DNA of 61,975 bases from Octopus sinensis. Its lineage: Eukaryota. The stretch lies in NCBI RefSeq assembly GCF_006345805.1, contig NW_021832264.1, positions 1 to 61,975 on the forward strand. The letters run 5' to 3'. Shown piece by piece: positions 41,687 to 55,385 of the stretch. Position 1 is the first letter of the stretch. The number at the start of each line of letters is the position of its first letter. The notes under the pieces were generated by a model. It did no database searches, had not been told where the DNA came from, and saw only the letters and a list, made by a program, of their open reading frames with translations. The position numbers and the translations under genes were made by a program.

Positions 41687-42080
41687 GTCATAGAGGTCAG
41701 CTGCCCTGCAGATATAAATATCTCTTTGAAAATCAAAGAAGAAGTGGATATCTATGGAAACTGCTCGGAAACCGCCAGCTTCTATATCCAAACTATGAAT
41801 TCATATTCACACCAATAATAATTGGTGCACTAGGTTTTGTTAGTAAATGCTTAAAGGAGAATTTGGATAAACTGAGATTTTCAGAAAGAGAAATCAACCG
41901 GCTAATTTGTACATCACATGTGCAATCTGTGAGTGGAACGATAAAAATATGCAAGACTTTTCTCAAGTTCCAAATGTGAAGCTGTCTGTGTTAACTACAT
42001 CCCGAAGACGGAACCTTGTGTCTTTGTTGGAAACCGGCTCCCTCCACAGTGGGATATTTATAATAATTAAAAAAATAGAA
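41687..42080 (+). mobile_element. 3' end of a restriction-like-endonuclease non-LTR retrotransposon (R4/Dong-like) inside (CATA)n
   Basis: VIEVSCPADINISLKIKEEVDIYG, a one-base frameshift near 41760, then LLYPNYEFIFTPIIIGALG...SGTIKICKTFLKFQM-stop (41979); short 3' UTR. Confidence 0.78.
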
Positions 42081-42158
42081 GATACATACATGCATACATG
42101 CATACATACATACATACATACATACATACATACATACATACATACATACATACATGCA

Positions 42159-42191
<33 letters not shown>

Positions 42192-42318
42192 GCGTGTGTG
42201 TATTAATATTTGCGTATGAATATAAGTATATATGTATATGTATATGTATATATCTGTTTATCCATCCATCCATCCACCCGTCCGTCCGTCCGTCCGTCTG
42301 TCTGTCTGTCTGTCTGTA

Positions 42319-42406
<88 letters not shown>

Positions 42407-42694
42407 ATTTGTCTGTCTACCTGTCTGTCTGTCTGTCTGTATGTATGTATGTATGTATGTATGTATGTATGTATTCTCCATCAATCGGTATATATCCTTC
42501 ACAAGACTATAGTAATAGAGGTGGTGGTATCGGTAGTAGTCGTCGTAGTTGAAGTAGTAGCAGTAGCGACAGCGGTAGTATTAGTATTAGTAGTAGTGGT
42601 GGTGGTGGTGGTGGCGGAGGTGGTGATGGTGGTGGTGGTGGTGGTGGTGGTGGTAGTAGTAGTAGTAGTAGTAACGGATTCCCGTCCAGGAAGG

Positions 42695-42753
<59 letters not shown>

Positions 42754-42924
42754 ATATATGTTGTGTGTGTGTTGTGTGTGTGTGTGTGGTGTGTGTACAC
42801 ACACACATATATGTATGTATATATGTACATACACACACACACACACAACAGAATCCAAGAATATGGCTCGGAAAGGATCTTTGAACCATTTGATTATTAT
42901 TATTATTATTATTATTAAGCAAAG

Positions 42925-43535
42925 TCCCCCGGGGTCGACTTTGCCTTTCATCCTTTCGAGGTCGATAAATTAAGCACCATTTGAACACTGGGGTTGATGT
43001 ATTCGACTAGCTCTCCCAACCCCCGAAAAAATTCTTGGCCTTGTGCCAAAGTCCGAAGCCATTATCATTTTTATTAAGGCGGTGAGCTGGCAGAATCGTT
43101 AGCACGTCGGACGAAATGCTTAGCGACACTTCGTTCGTCTTTACGTTCTGAGTTCAAATTCCGCCGGGGTCGACTTTACCTTTTATCCATTCAGGGTCGA
43201 TGAAATAAGTACCTATTTCTTTACGACCCACAAGGGGCCAAACACAGAGAGGACAAACAAGGACAGACAAACGGATTAAGTCGATTATATCGACCCCAGC
43301 GCGTAACTGGTACTTATTTAATCGACCCCGAAAGGATGAAAGGCAAAGTCAACCTCGGCGGAAATTGAACTCAGAACGTAGGGGCAGGCGAAATACCGCT
43401 AAGTATTTCGCCTGGCGTGTTAACGATTCTGCCATTTCACCACCTTCATGAAATAAGTACCAGTTACTCACTGGGATCGATGAAACCGACTTATCCCAAA
43501 ATTTCAGGCCTTGTGCCTATAGAAGAAAGGATTAT
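42925..43535. mobile_element. SINE family B cluster; minus copy (43214-43447) nested in a plus copy
   Basis: 14 bp TSD ATGAAATAAGTACC at 43200-43213 and 43448-43461. Confidence 0.88.
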
Positions 43536-43659
43536 TATTGATATTACTTACTTTTGTAAACTCAGTATTTCTTGGTAGACAGAGAGAACGGAAACACTGT
43601 GACTTTTTCGTTTCTATCGACTTTCCAGAGATTGTAATTTTTTTAGTTTAGGGAACGGG

Positions 43660-44880
<1,221 letters not shown>

Positions 44881-45076
44881 GATAGCTAACCTAACATAGA
44901 CGTTCGCTCTACCAAGAAATGCAGCCGAAATGCATACATCAAATCACATTCAGTCGTTTTCAAAAAGGCTTCCCTTCACGCAAAAACAGACGGGATGGTC
45001 ACGACTAAACAGCAGCAGCAGCAGCAGCAGCACCACCACCACCACCACCACAACCACCACCAACACCACCACTACC

Positions 45077-45108
<32 letters not shown>

Positions 45109-45239
45109 CCGATTGGGAGAGTACAACATGGCTAAATAGTGCATTTCCATACGATCATAGGAGTAACCTATTGCTCGCTCAAACTAGTAGTAATAGCAGC
45201 TAAACTTTCCCAAATACCTACCGTCGTATTTTGCCCTTG

Positions 45240-46540
45240 GCTTGTTCGAACCAGTTTCATAAGTTAATCCTAAGCGTCCATGCTTTCAGACTTTTAATTT
45301 CCCCTTGTTTCAGAAGATCTATGTAATATAAAGCTCACTGTCATAAGTCCCAAGTTGATAAAAAAAAATATTAGAAACGCGTATCATATATGATGCATGG
45401 ACGCAAGAGAAACGTGTTCTGTGTGTCCTGTGTATAACATGTGGGATACAGGACTTGTTCAAAGCATTTTCATAAGGTTGTCCTAAAATTCCATGCTTAT
45501 TTTAGTCAGCCCTTGCTTCATGTGTTCTGAGCAATATAAGTCCCATGTTATTCTGGTGGTTGAAAAAATTGGGAATGTGTATCAATTATGATATGTCCTG
45601 TGTATGACATATAATACACAGGAAAGACAATGGGTTAACCCTTTGCAGGCTCAAAGCATTTTCAAAAGATTATCCTAATAGTCCATGCTCCTTTTCAAAC
45701 TTTTATTCAGCCCTTAAAGCATTCCTTTCATAAGTCTCAAGTTACCCTAGTACCGTAAATCCTCGAGTATAGTCCGCCCTTGAGTATAATACGCAGGGGA
45801 TTTTTAGGGGGTTGTACTTTTGAAAAACCTAAACCTTTTGTATAATACGCACCCCTTCTCTAACTTGAGTCGTGCGTAATTAAGCCTAATCGAACAAACA
45901 CTTCCGCGCATACGTAATACAATAATGGTGATGTTCTTAACTGTTATATGGGAATGTAAATATGTTTGCAAATTGTTTTTGTTACATGTTAATAGAGACT
46001 CGGACAAATAGAAACTCGGACATTGCTTAGAAGATATTTTTCATTTTTAACCTCGTATATAGTACGCACTAGTGATTTTGACCTTTAAATTTTGGGGAAA
46101 AAATGCAGATTATACTCTAGGATTTACGGTAGTTGAAATAAAAAAAAAGGGAGTGTTTTTCATATATGATGAATGGAAGGCTAGAAATATGCCCTGAGTA
46201 TCACATGTGATACACAAGACAGACAAAGAGTTAGAAGGAACTACGGTTGTTTTCAGACTTATAGTTTGCCCTTGTTCAGAAGTTCTGACCAATATAAAGT
46301 TTTCCTTTCCTTTAGTCCAGCGTTACTCTAGAGCTGATACAAAATATTTTGGAAATGCGTATCATATATGAGATGCATGAACGCCAGGGAAATGCCTACC
46401 ACATGCGGTACACAGAACAGAAAGTCCTTTGTATACGTCATGAATAACATAAAGCTTTCCTTTCATAAGTCCCAAATGACTGTGGTGGTTGGAAAAATAT
46501 TGGGACTGTTTATCATATATGATGCATGGGCGCCAAGGAA
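45240..46540. repeat. Degenerate ~190 bp tandem array
   Basis: Motif CATAAGTCCCAAG...TATCATATATGATGCATGG recurs near 45345, 45540, 45730/46160, 46360 and 46465. Confidence 0.6.
45751..46131. mobile_element. TA-flanked Tc1/mariner-pogo-type MITE
   Basis: TACCGTAAATCCTCGAGTATA versus reverse complement of 46111-46131 (20/21); subterminal GTATAATACGCA repeats. Confidence 0.9.
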
Positions 46541-46784
46541 ATGTGACCTGTGCAATTCCATATCCGGTAAGTTCACCGTCATCAGTTGACCGCAGGGTAA
46601 GTTCATCGTAAGAAATGTTCACTGCGAGCAAAGTTCACTGCGAGGAAAGTTTACGGAGAGATAAGTTCTCAGTAAAACAATAGAAAATACCTTATTTTCG
46701 AACTCTAATGTGTTTAATTAACGGTTAAGGAAACTTTGCATTAAAAAAGAGATAAAATTTAAACTTTCTTCACGAGGAATTCAT

Positions 46785-47010
46785 GCGATGAATTGATGGC
46801 GGTGAACACTCCTGCGATGAGTTGGTGGTGGTGAACACTCCTGCGATGAGTTGGTGGCGGTGAACACTCCCGCGATGAGTTGGTGGCGGTGAACACTCCT
46901 GCGATGAGTTGGTGGCGGTGAACACTCCTGCGATGAGTTGGTGGCGGTGAACACTCCTGCGATGAGTTGGTGACGGTGAACACTCCAGCGATGAGTTGGT
47001 GGCGGTGAAC
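46785..47010. repeat. 29 bp minisatellite, ~8 copies
   Basis: GCGATGAGTTGGTGGCGGTGAACACTCCT at 46785, 46814, 46843 and onward. Confidence 0.96.
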
Positions 47011-47149
47011 TTAACTGCACTTCATGTGATACGTAAGACAGAAGGTTATGAATCTGATGCATTCGAAAAGGGTGTTTTACATAAACCTATAGAGACTATC
47101 AGGGCTTAACAACTGCATATAGACCGTGTGCAATACAATTATTAATGAA

Positions 47150-47385
47150 GGCTTAGTGGTTAGGGTGTTGAAATCATGCTCGTGAGATTGTGGTTTCGAT
47201 TCCTGGACCGGGAGACGCGTTGTGTTCTTGGAACAAAACGCTTCATTTCATGTTGCTCCAGTCCACTCAGCTGACAAAAATGAGTAATCCTGCGACGGAC
47301 CAGCGTCCTATCCATGTGGTAAATATATACGCAACAAAACCGGGAAAATGGCCCTTGTGAGTCGGCATGATTGCAGAAGGTAACT
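47150..47385 (+). mobile_element. SINE family D, tail type 3
   Basis: Homologous to 2792-3040. Confidence 0.8.
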
Positions 47386-47409
47386 ACACACACACACACA
47401 TATATATTT

Positions 47410-47541
47410 ATACAAAATTAAGAGGAATGACCACTAAAGTGGACACCTAAAAGGCTAAACATAGACGTGAAATCACTATTTGACGTCTATGTTTAGCATA
47501 TTAGGTGTCCACTTTAGTGGTCATTCCTCTTAATTTTGTAT
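47410..47541. other. 132 nt near-perfect palindrome
   Basis: 41 bp perfect stem, 3x3 mismatch, 15 bp perfect stem, 4 nt loop CACT. Confidence 0.95.
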
Positions 47542-47637
47542 GTAACACAATGTTTTATTTTCGAATTTTTTAAAATATGCTAAGCCACTGGTTTTAAAAT
47601 GATTAATATCAATTTCTACCCTTATTATATATATATA

Positions 47638-48045
47638 ATAAGGGTAGGAGTGGTTGTGTGGTAAGTAGCTTGTTTACCAACCACATGGTTCCGGGTTCAG
47701 TCCCACTGCGTGGCACCTTGGGCAAGTGTCTTCTGCTATAGCCTCGAGCCGACCAAAGCCTTGTGAGTGGATTTGGTTGACGGAAACTGAAAGAAGCCCG
47801 TCGTATATATGTATATATATGCGTGTGTGTGTTTGTGTGTCTGTGTTTGTCCCCCTAGCTTTGCTTGACAACCGATGCTGGTGTGTTTATGTACCCGTTA
47901 CTTAGCGGTTCGGCAAAAAAGACCGATAGAATAAGTACTGGGCTTACAAAAGAATAAGTCCCGGGGTCGAGTTGCTCGATTAAAGGCGGTGCTCCAGCAT
48001 GGCCGCAGTCAAATGACTGAAACAAGTAAAAGAGTAAAGAGTATA
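47638..48045 (+). mobile_element. SINE family A, full length
   Basis: Full homology. Confidence 0.92.
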
Positions 48046-48066
48046 TATATATGTGTGTTTGTGTGT

Positions 48067-48100
<34 letters not shown>

Positions 48101-48130
48101 CGTGCGTGCGTGTGTGCGTTAATATATCAT

Positions 48131-49115
48131 TGTGTCTGGGGAGAGTCCTTCTCTTTTTGTGCCTTATTATTTAACACACCCACCAATTCGATTTTCACTC
48201 ATTTTAAATTTTTTTCTAAAGTTTTCGTTGTATCTTACAACCTTTTCAATATCCGTTGACTCTGTTATCAGAGCTGCTTTCTTTTTTGTTTGTTTGTTTG
48301 TTTGTACGCATGTGTGCATCAGTGTGCATGTGTATACACATATGTATGTATGTATGTACGTATGTATGTATGTATGTATGTATGTATGCATGTACGTATG
48401 TATGTATGTATGTATGTATGCATGTACGTATGTATGTATGTATGTATGTATGCATGCATGTACGTATGTATGTATGTATGTATGTATGTATGTATGTATG
48501 TACGTATGTACGTATGTATGTATGTATGCATGTACGTATGTATGTATGTATGTATGTATGTATGTATGTATGTATGTATGTATGTATTTATGTATGTATG
48601 TACGTATGCATGTACGTACGTATGTATGTATGTATGTATGTATGTATGTATGTATGTATGTATGTATGTATTTATGTATGTATGTATGTATGTACGTATG
48701 TACGTATGTACGTATGTACGTATGTATGTATGTATGTATGTATGTATGTATTTATGTATGTATGTATGTATGTATGTATGTATGTACGTATGTACGTATG
48801 TATGTATGTATGTATGTATTTATGTATGTATGTATGTATGTATGTATGTACGTATGTATGTATGTATGTATGTATGTATGTATGTATGTATGTATGTATG
48901 TATGTATGTATGTATGTACGTATGTACGTATGTACGTATGTATGTATGTATGCATGTACGTATGTATGTATGTATGTATGTATGTATGTATGTATGTATG
49001 TATGTATGTATTTATGTATGTATGTATGTATGTACGTATGTACGTATGTATGTATGTATGCATGTACGTATGTATGTATGTATGTATGTATGTATGTATG
49101 TATGTATGTATTATG

Positions 49116-49149
<34 letters not shown>

Positions 49150-49532
49150 TGTATGTATGTATGTACATACGTATGTATGTATGTATGTATGTATGTATGT
49201 ATGCATGTACGTACGTACGTATGTATGTACGTATGTGTATGCATATGTGTGTGTATATGCATATATATATATGCCTATGTATACGTTTGTATGTATGTAT
49301 GTATTCTGCATGTTTATGTGTTTGTATGTGTGTGCATGTTTGAGAGTGTCTATGTGTATGGGTTTACGTGCGTCTGTTATGTATGGATGTGTGTCTCAAT
49401 ATGTGTTCTTGTGTGTGTGTGTTTGTGTGTTTGTGTTTGTGTGTGAGTGTATATATGATCATGTGTTTCAGTCTTCATTTGTGTATGTATGTGTGTGTGC
49501 TCGTCTATCCATGTTTCCGATGTACCTGTTTG

Positions 49533-49535
<3 letters not shown>
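48131..49535 (-). mobile_element. Solo PLE pseudo-LTR with expanded internal (TATG)n
   Basis: Both flanks of the ~900 bp array match the reverse complement of 33700-34238. Confidence 0.8.
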
Positions 49536-49597
<62 letters not shown>

Positions 49598-49647
49598 TTA
49601 TCTGTCTATCTATCTATAAATAGATACATACACACATACATACAACT

Positions 49648-49700
<53 letters not shown>

Positions 49701-50407
49701 CAGATTCATCAGGATAAGTTCTACAGGTATGGCTCGAGAAACACGGGGCCGACCTGCCCGAGATGCTGTCAGAGCGACGAAACCGTTCTGCACGCACTCG
49801 TACAGTGTCCAACAATTTCCGACTTGTGGGCCTATGTCGAACGACTGCTATCACATGTGGGACGAGTCCGTTTATCAACCGAGTCAATCGTGAATATTGT
49901 CGCGCCTCTTTCCTTGAAGCGGGAAAGAAGAGCCATTTTCATCGTACTTGCGGCTATGGCGAAAGAATGTGTATGGTGGACGCGTCTGAAAGGTCTAGAG
50001 ACAAACACTTTCCTCTCTGGTCAATCTCTCATCAACTTCTTCAAGTGAAACTTGAAGAGGAAGATGAGAGTAGAGAGGGAAGTTTTGTCTAGTGAATGTT
50101 TAAAAAAAAGATGAGTGAATGTAGCAAGGATGGCACGTGCGAATGACGGAGCCGCCTTGAACATAATCCGATGAACCAGAAAAAGAAAGGAAAAAAGAGT
50201 GTCACTTACTGTAATGTATTTTTTGCATGGCATTATTGCTCGAGGTTACCGTGGTCTTTTCTGTAGGCTTTTCTTTCCACGGATAAACTTCAACCGTTTC
50301 CCATTTTCACTATGACATTTCTGTGCTACACGATCCCTATTGATCGGCTTCTGCCCACTTTTATTTTATTTTCTCTGCGTTCAGCCCTGTGCGGCCAATA
50401 AAGAACC
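49701..50407 (+). mobile_element. 5'-truncated Tx1/L1-clade LINE (ORF2 zinc knuckle and 3' UTR)
   Basis: CPRCCQSDETVLHALVQC (Cx2Cx8Hx4C) at 49755-49808; AATAAA near the end, followed by (TATC)n. Confidence 0.8.
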
Positions 50408-50422
50408 ATATCTATCTATCTA

Positions 50423-50482
<60 letters not shown>

Positions 50483-50536
50483 TTATTTATCTGTCTATCT
50501 ATCTATAAATAGATACATACACACATACATACAACT

Positions 50537-50577
<41 letters not shown>

Positions 50578-50588
50578 AGATAGATAGA

Positions 50589-51292
50589 CAGATTCATCAG
50601 GATAAGTTCTACAGGTATGGCTCGAGAAACACGGGGCCGACCTGCCCGAGATGCTGTCAGAGCGACGAAACCGTTCTGCACGCACTCGTACAGTGTCCAA
50701 CAATTTCCGACTTGTGGGCCTATGTCGAACGACTGCTATCACATGTGGACGAGTCCGTTATCAACCGAGTCAATCGTGAATATTGTCGCGCCTCTTTCCT
50801 TGAAGCGGGAAAGAAGAGCCATTTTCATCGTACTTGCGGCTATGGCGAAAGAATGTGTATGGTGGACGCGTCTGAAAGGTCTAGAGACAAACACTTTCCT
50901 CTCTGGTCAATCTCTCATCAACTTCTTCAAGTGAAACTTGAAGAGGAAGATGAGAGTAGAGAGGGAAGTTTTGTCTAGTGAATGTTTAAAAAAAGATGAG
51001 TGAATGTAGCAAGGATGGCACGTGCGAATGACGGAGCGCCTTGAACATAATCCGATGAACCAGAAAAAGAAAGGAAAAAAGAGTGTCACTTACTGTAATG
51101 TATTTTTTGCATGGCATTATTGCTCGAGGTTACCGTGGTCTTTTCTGTAGGCTTTTCTTTCCACGGATAAACTTCAACCGTTTCCCATTTTCACTATGAC
51201 ATTTCTGTGCTACACGATCCCTATTGATCGGCTTCTGCCCACTTTTATTTTATTTTCTCTGCGTTCAGCCCTGTGCGGCCAATAAAGAACCA

Positions 51293-51293
<1 letters not shown>
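50589..51293 (+). mobile_element. Tandem duplicate of the Tx1/L1 fragment (period 888 bp)
   Basis: Identical except for single-base homopolymer deletions; flank also duplicated. Confidence 0.9.
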
Positions 51294-51377
<84 letters not shown>

Positions 51378-51412
51378 GTCTATCTATCTATATATCTGTC
51401 TGTCTGCCCCCC

Positions 51413-51448
<36 letters not shown>

Positions 51449-51632
51449 ATTTATCTATCTACCTGTTTACTTACATATCCATTTACCTACACACACACAA
51501 ACGTACACGTCTACATAATAGCCTACTAACAACTCTACCTGTGTACATTTAAACTGTGGGTATTGGGGTATGATAACTTTCTACGTAAATTTCCTATTTA
51601 ATAGCGGGGCCGTTATATATATATATATTTAG

Positions 51633-51820
51633 TGGAGGCGCGTGACTTAAGGTGTTGGACTCATGATCGTACGATCGTGGTTTCAATTCCTGTAGTGTGC
51701 AACAAATTGTGTTCCTGAGCAAACACTTCATTTCATTGCCTCAGTCCACTCAGCTGACAAAAATGAGTAATCTTACGACGGATCCGGCGTCTCATCCAGG
51801 TGGGAATATATCGAGAAGGT
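51633..51820 (+). mobile_element. SINE family D, partial tail type 3
   Basis: D head and body homology. Confidence 0.75.
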
Positions 51821-51869
51821 AACTTTGCCTTTTACTTTAATACAGTTAGGTGTAGACTTGGTAGTAGAG

Positions 51870-52065
51870 GAGTCTCCGTTGGTTTCGACGGTGATCATTC
51901 AGCAGTTTGAACCACTGAATTCTTTTGTCCTCGTGAAATTAACTTTCTGGTGGCCGAGTATTCCATAGATATGGATACATTTAAAGATTTTGAAAGGAAG
52001 GAATTCCTCTGCTGAATCTGCGTGATACAATGTGACAAGCCGGGACTATTGAATTACAAAGTACA
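51870..52065 (-). mobile_element. Degenerate headless tail type 2
   Basis: Reverse complement contains CTTGTCACA...GTTAATTTCACGAG...AACCAACGGAG. Confidence 0.6.
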
Positions 52066-52564
52066 ATGGAGAGAGAGAGAGAGCGAGAGAGAGAGAGAGA
52101 GAGAGAGAGGTGGAGATGGAGAAAGGCAGAGGAAATCAGAGAAAGGGGGAACGGGAGAAGAGGAAGAAGAGTGCGGAGAGGGGGAGGGGGAGGGTGTGGG
52201 GAGAGGGGCAGTGATAGAGGGGTGGGTAGAGGGGAAGGAGAGAGAGGGACAGTGAGAGGAAGGGGTAGGGAGGGAGAAGGAGAGAGGGTGAGATCAAGGG
52301 TGGAGGGAGAGGGAGAAAGGGGGAGAGAGGGCAATGAGAAGGCTGGGAGAGACAGGAAAGGAGAAAGGGAAGATGTAGGGACAAAAAGGGAGTTTGACCA
52401 ACTCATCATACGGTGGGTTCTTCATCGGTCTCGACGATGACCAACTGAAATGCTGTCAGTGAAATAAACGGGTGTAAAGCGGGTGTTTCCGTATATGTGT
52501 TTGAATACATGTATCATTTCTTTTTGTTTTCTAATTTATTTCAGTCATTTGACTGCGGCCCCGC

Positions 52565-52668
52565 TGGAGTATCACCTTGAAAAGTTTAGGCGAGCAAATT
52601 GAAACCAGGACTTATTCTTAAGTCTTGGTTTCAATTTGCTCGCCTAAACTTTTCAAGGTGATACTCCA
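52565..52668. other. 50 bp fold-back hairpin derived from a SINE A fragment
   Basis: Arms 52565-52614 and 52619-52668; one G:T mismatch; loop TTCT. Confidence 0.95.
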
Positions 52669-52752
52669 ATTTACTATTTTGTTGCGTGGACCCCTAAAAA
52701 ATCTTATATGGACCTTCAAGGGCCATATGGACCCCAGTTGAGAACTACTGGT

Positions 52753-52990
52753 CTAGTGGCTAGGGTGTTGTACTCCTGATCCCCAAATCGGGGTTTCGAT
52801 TCCTGCACCAGAATGTAAGTTGTGTTCTTGAGAGCAGAGCATTTCATTTCACATTGCTTCTGTATAAATCAACCGCAGACGAGTGACCTTGCAACAGGCC
52901 GGCGTCTGATTCAGTGGGGAATGGTGTGATCTTAGACACTTGCACGCCATGGAAAAGCGCGTGGCTGGTTCCGTGAGTCCTAGCGTTGGT
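52753..52990 (+). mobile_element. SINE family D, tail type 3
   Basis: D homology. Confidence 0.7.
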
Positions 52991-53009
52991 GACAATAATG
53001 TCCAGGGTT

Positions 53010-53237
53010 AATGATGAAGATGATGATGTGGATGATGATTGATGATGATGATGATGATGATGAAGATGATTATGATGCTGCTGATGATGATGATGACGAT
53101 GATGACGATAACGACGACGATGATAATGAGGATGACGACGACGACGATGATATCGATGACGACGATAATGATGAGGAGGAGGAGGAGAGAACGACGACGA
53201 CGATGATGACGATGATGATGGTGATGATGGTGATGAA

Positions 53238-53273
<36 letters not shown>

Positions 53274-53425
53274 AACAACGACGCCGACGATGATGGTGAT
53301 GATGATGGTTATGATGGTGATAATGATGATGATGATGATGATGATAATGATGATGATGGTGATGATGGTGATGATAATGATGAGGGTGATGATGATGATG
53401 ATGATAATGATGATAACGACGATGG
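53010..53425. repeat. (GAT/GAC)n microsatellite
   Basis: Directly visible. Confidence 0.95.
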
Positions 53426-53737
53426 TGACTCAGGGTACCAATCATCTTAATAAACACCCTTCCCAGGGTACTCGCCATCTAAGCACAATCTTAATCCTAG
53501 GATATCAACCATCTTAATACATTCATTAGTAAGTGTACCCACCATTCTAATTTACTCTTGAATCAGGGTACACAACATCTAAAACGGACTCCCTACCCAG
53601 CTAACACACCTTTTTTAATCAATGTAACAAATTAACCAACGGGGTAGTCCTTGCGCGACCTCACGTCTGGCTAGAAATAGCAGCCAAATTTCGCTGAGCG
53701 TACACGGTACACTTTTTTAATCAATGTTTTTAAAAAA

Positions 53738-53962
53738 CGGCGGTGTGGATGAATCGTTAGAGCGTTGGACAAAATTGCCATGCGGTATTTGTTCCGGCGT
53801 TACGTTGTGAGTTCAAATTCCGCCGAGGTCGACTTTGCCTTTCATCCTTTCGGGGTCGATGAATTAAGTACCAGTTACGCACTGGGGTCGATGTAATCGA
53901 CTTAATACCTATGTCTGTCCTTGTTTGCCCGCTCTGTGTTTAGCCCCTTGTGGGGCTAAATA
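53738..53962 (+). mobile_element. SINE family B (long tail) with 22 bp TSD
   Basis: GGTACACTTTTTTAATCAATGT at 53706-53727 and 53963-53984. Confidence 0.88.
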
Positions 53963-54087
53963 GGTACACTTTTTTAATCAATGTAGCACTTCAACCAAGG
54001 GCAGACCCTCTATACGAGCTCTCGTCTGGCTAGAAATAACAACCAACATCTCCCCGAAAGCATTCGGTACTGCATTAAAAAAAATAC

Positions 54088-54540
54088 ATAGGCGCAGGCG
54101 TGGCTGTGTGGTAAGAAGCTTGCTTCCCAGCCACATGGTTCCGAGTTCAGTCCCACTGCGTGGCACCTTGGGCAAGTGTCTTCTACTATAGCATCGGGCC
54201 GACCAAAGCCTTGTGAGTGTGGCTTTGGTAGAGGGAAACTGAAAGAAGCCTGTCGTATATACATGTATGTGTGTGTGTGTGTGTGTGTATGCGTGCGTTT
54301 GTGTGAGTGCGTGTTTTCTTCAGCACCATTTGACAACTGGTGGTGTTGGTGTGCTTACGTTCCTGTGAACTAGCGGTTCGGCAAAACAGACCGATAGAAT
54401 AAGTAACAGGCTTTAATAAAATTTTGTTTGAAAAAAAAGTAGTGGGATTGATTCATTCGATAAAAAATTCTTCAAGGCGGTGCCCCAGCATGGCCGCACA
54501 CTTATGACCGAAACAAATGAAAGAATAAAAGAATTAAGAA
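54088..54540 (+). mobile_element. SINE family A
   Basis: Full homology, somewhat diverged. Confidence 0.88.
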
Positions 54541-55139
54541 TAACGAATGTATATCTATTCACAGACAGACTCTTGTGTGGTGCGGACACTAGACAGGATA
54601 GTCACGGCTGGAATGCCTTTCAGGGTTTGAGCTGGATCTAACCCCCCCCCCCCAAAAAAAAAAGAAAAAAAAAAAAAACCCCCAAAAGAACCAACAGCCA
54701 TTCCATCGAAGAATAAACACATGTCCTTCTCCCTTCGCAAACCCAGGATGCGCAGAAAGTCATCGTGTGCCTGTCATTTTTACCTATATCGCCTTCCGCT
54801 CCATCTACATACTTCCGTACCCCCCCCCCCACCCCGCCGTTTCCACTCCACTCCACTCCACTCCACCCCACTTGTAACCACCACCACCACCCTCTGGCAT
54901 CGGCACCCCGTGCCCACCCCACCCCACCCCACCCCAAACACCGCTGGTCCCTCCTCCCCCCACACACACACACACACCGTCCTCCCCCCCCCACCCCCAC
55001 CCATACCACATATCCTGAGGAGGGAGGCAAGCGGCAGCCAGGTGTCACTGTGACCATGACCTTTCCATAAATGTTTTGTTGTTGTTGTCTTTCGCGAATT
55101 CTTTTTTTTGTTTTTGTTTTTTTCTTTGTTTGGATTCTT

Positions 55140-55301
55140 TGTTTGTTTGTTTGTTTGTTTGTTTGTTTGTTTGTTTGTTTGTTTGGTTTGTTTGTTTGTC
55201 GTCTTAACGCGTCTTCCAACACTTCCAATACAACAATAACAACAACGATTACTACTACTACTACTACTACTACTACTACCATCACCACCACATCACTGGT
55301 G

Positions 55302-55332
<31 letters not shown>

Positions 55333-55354
55333 CATCACCACCACATCACTGGTG

Positions 55355-55385
<31 letters not shown>

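Noticed and set aside
46785-47010. CRISPR-like array (also considered for 38535-39300)
   Set aside because: Contiguous repeats with no unique spacers, no cas genes, eukaryotic context.
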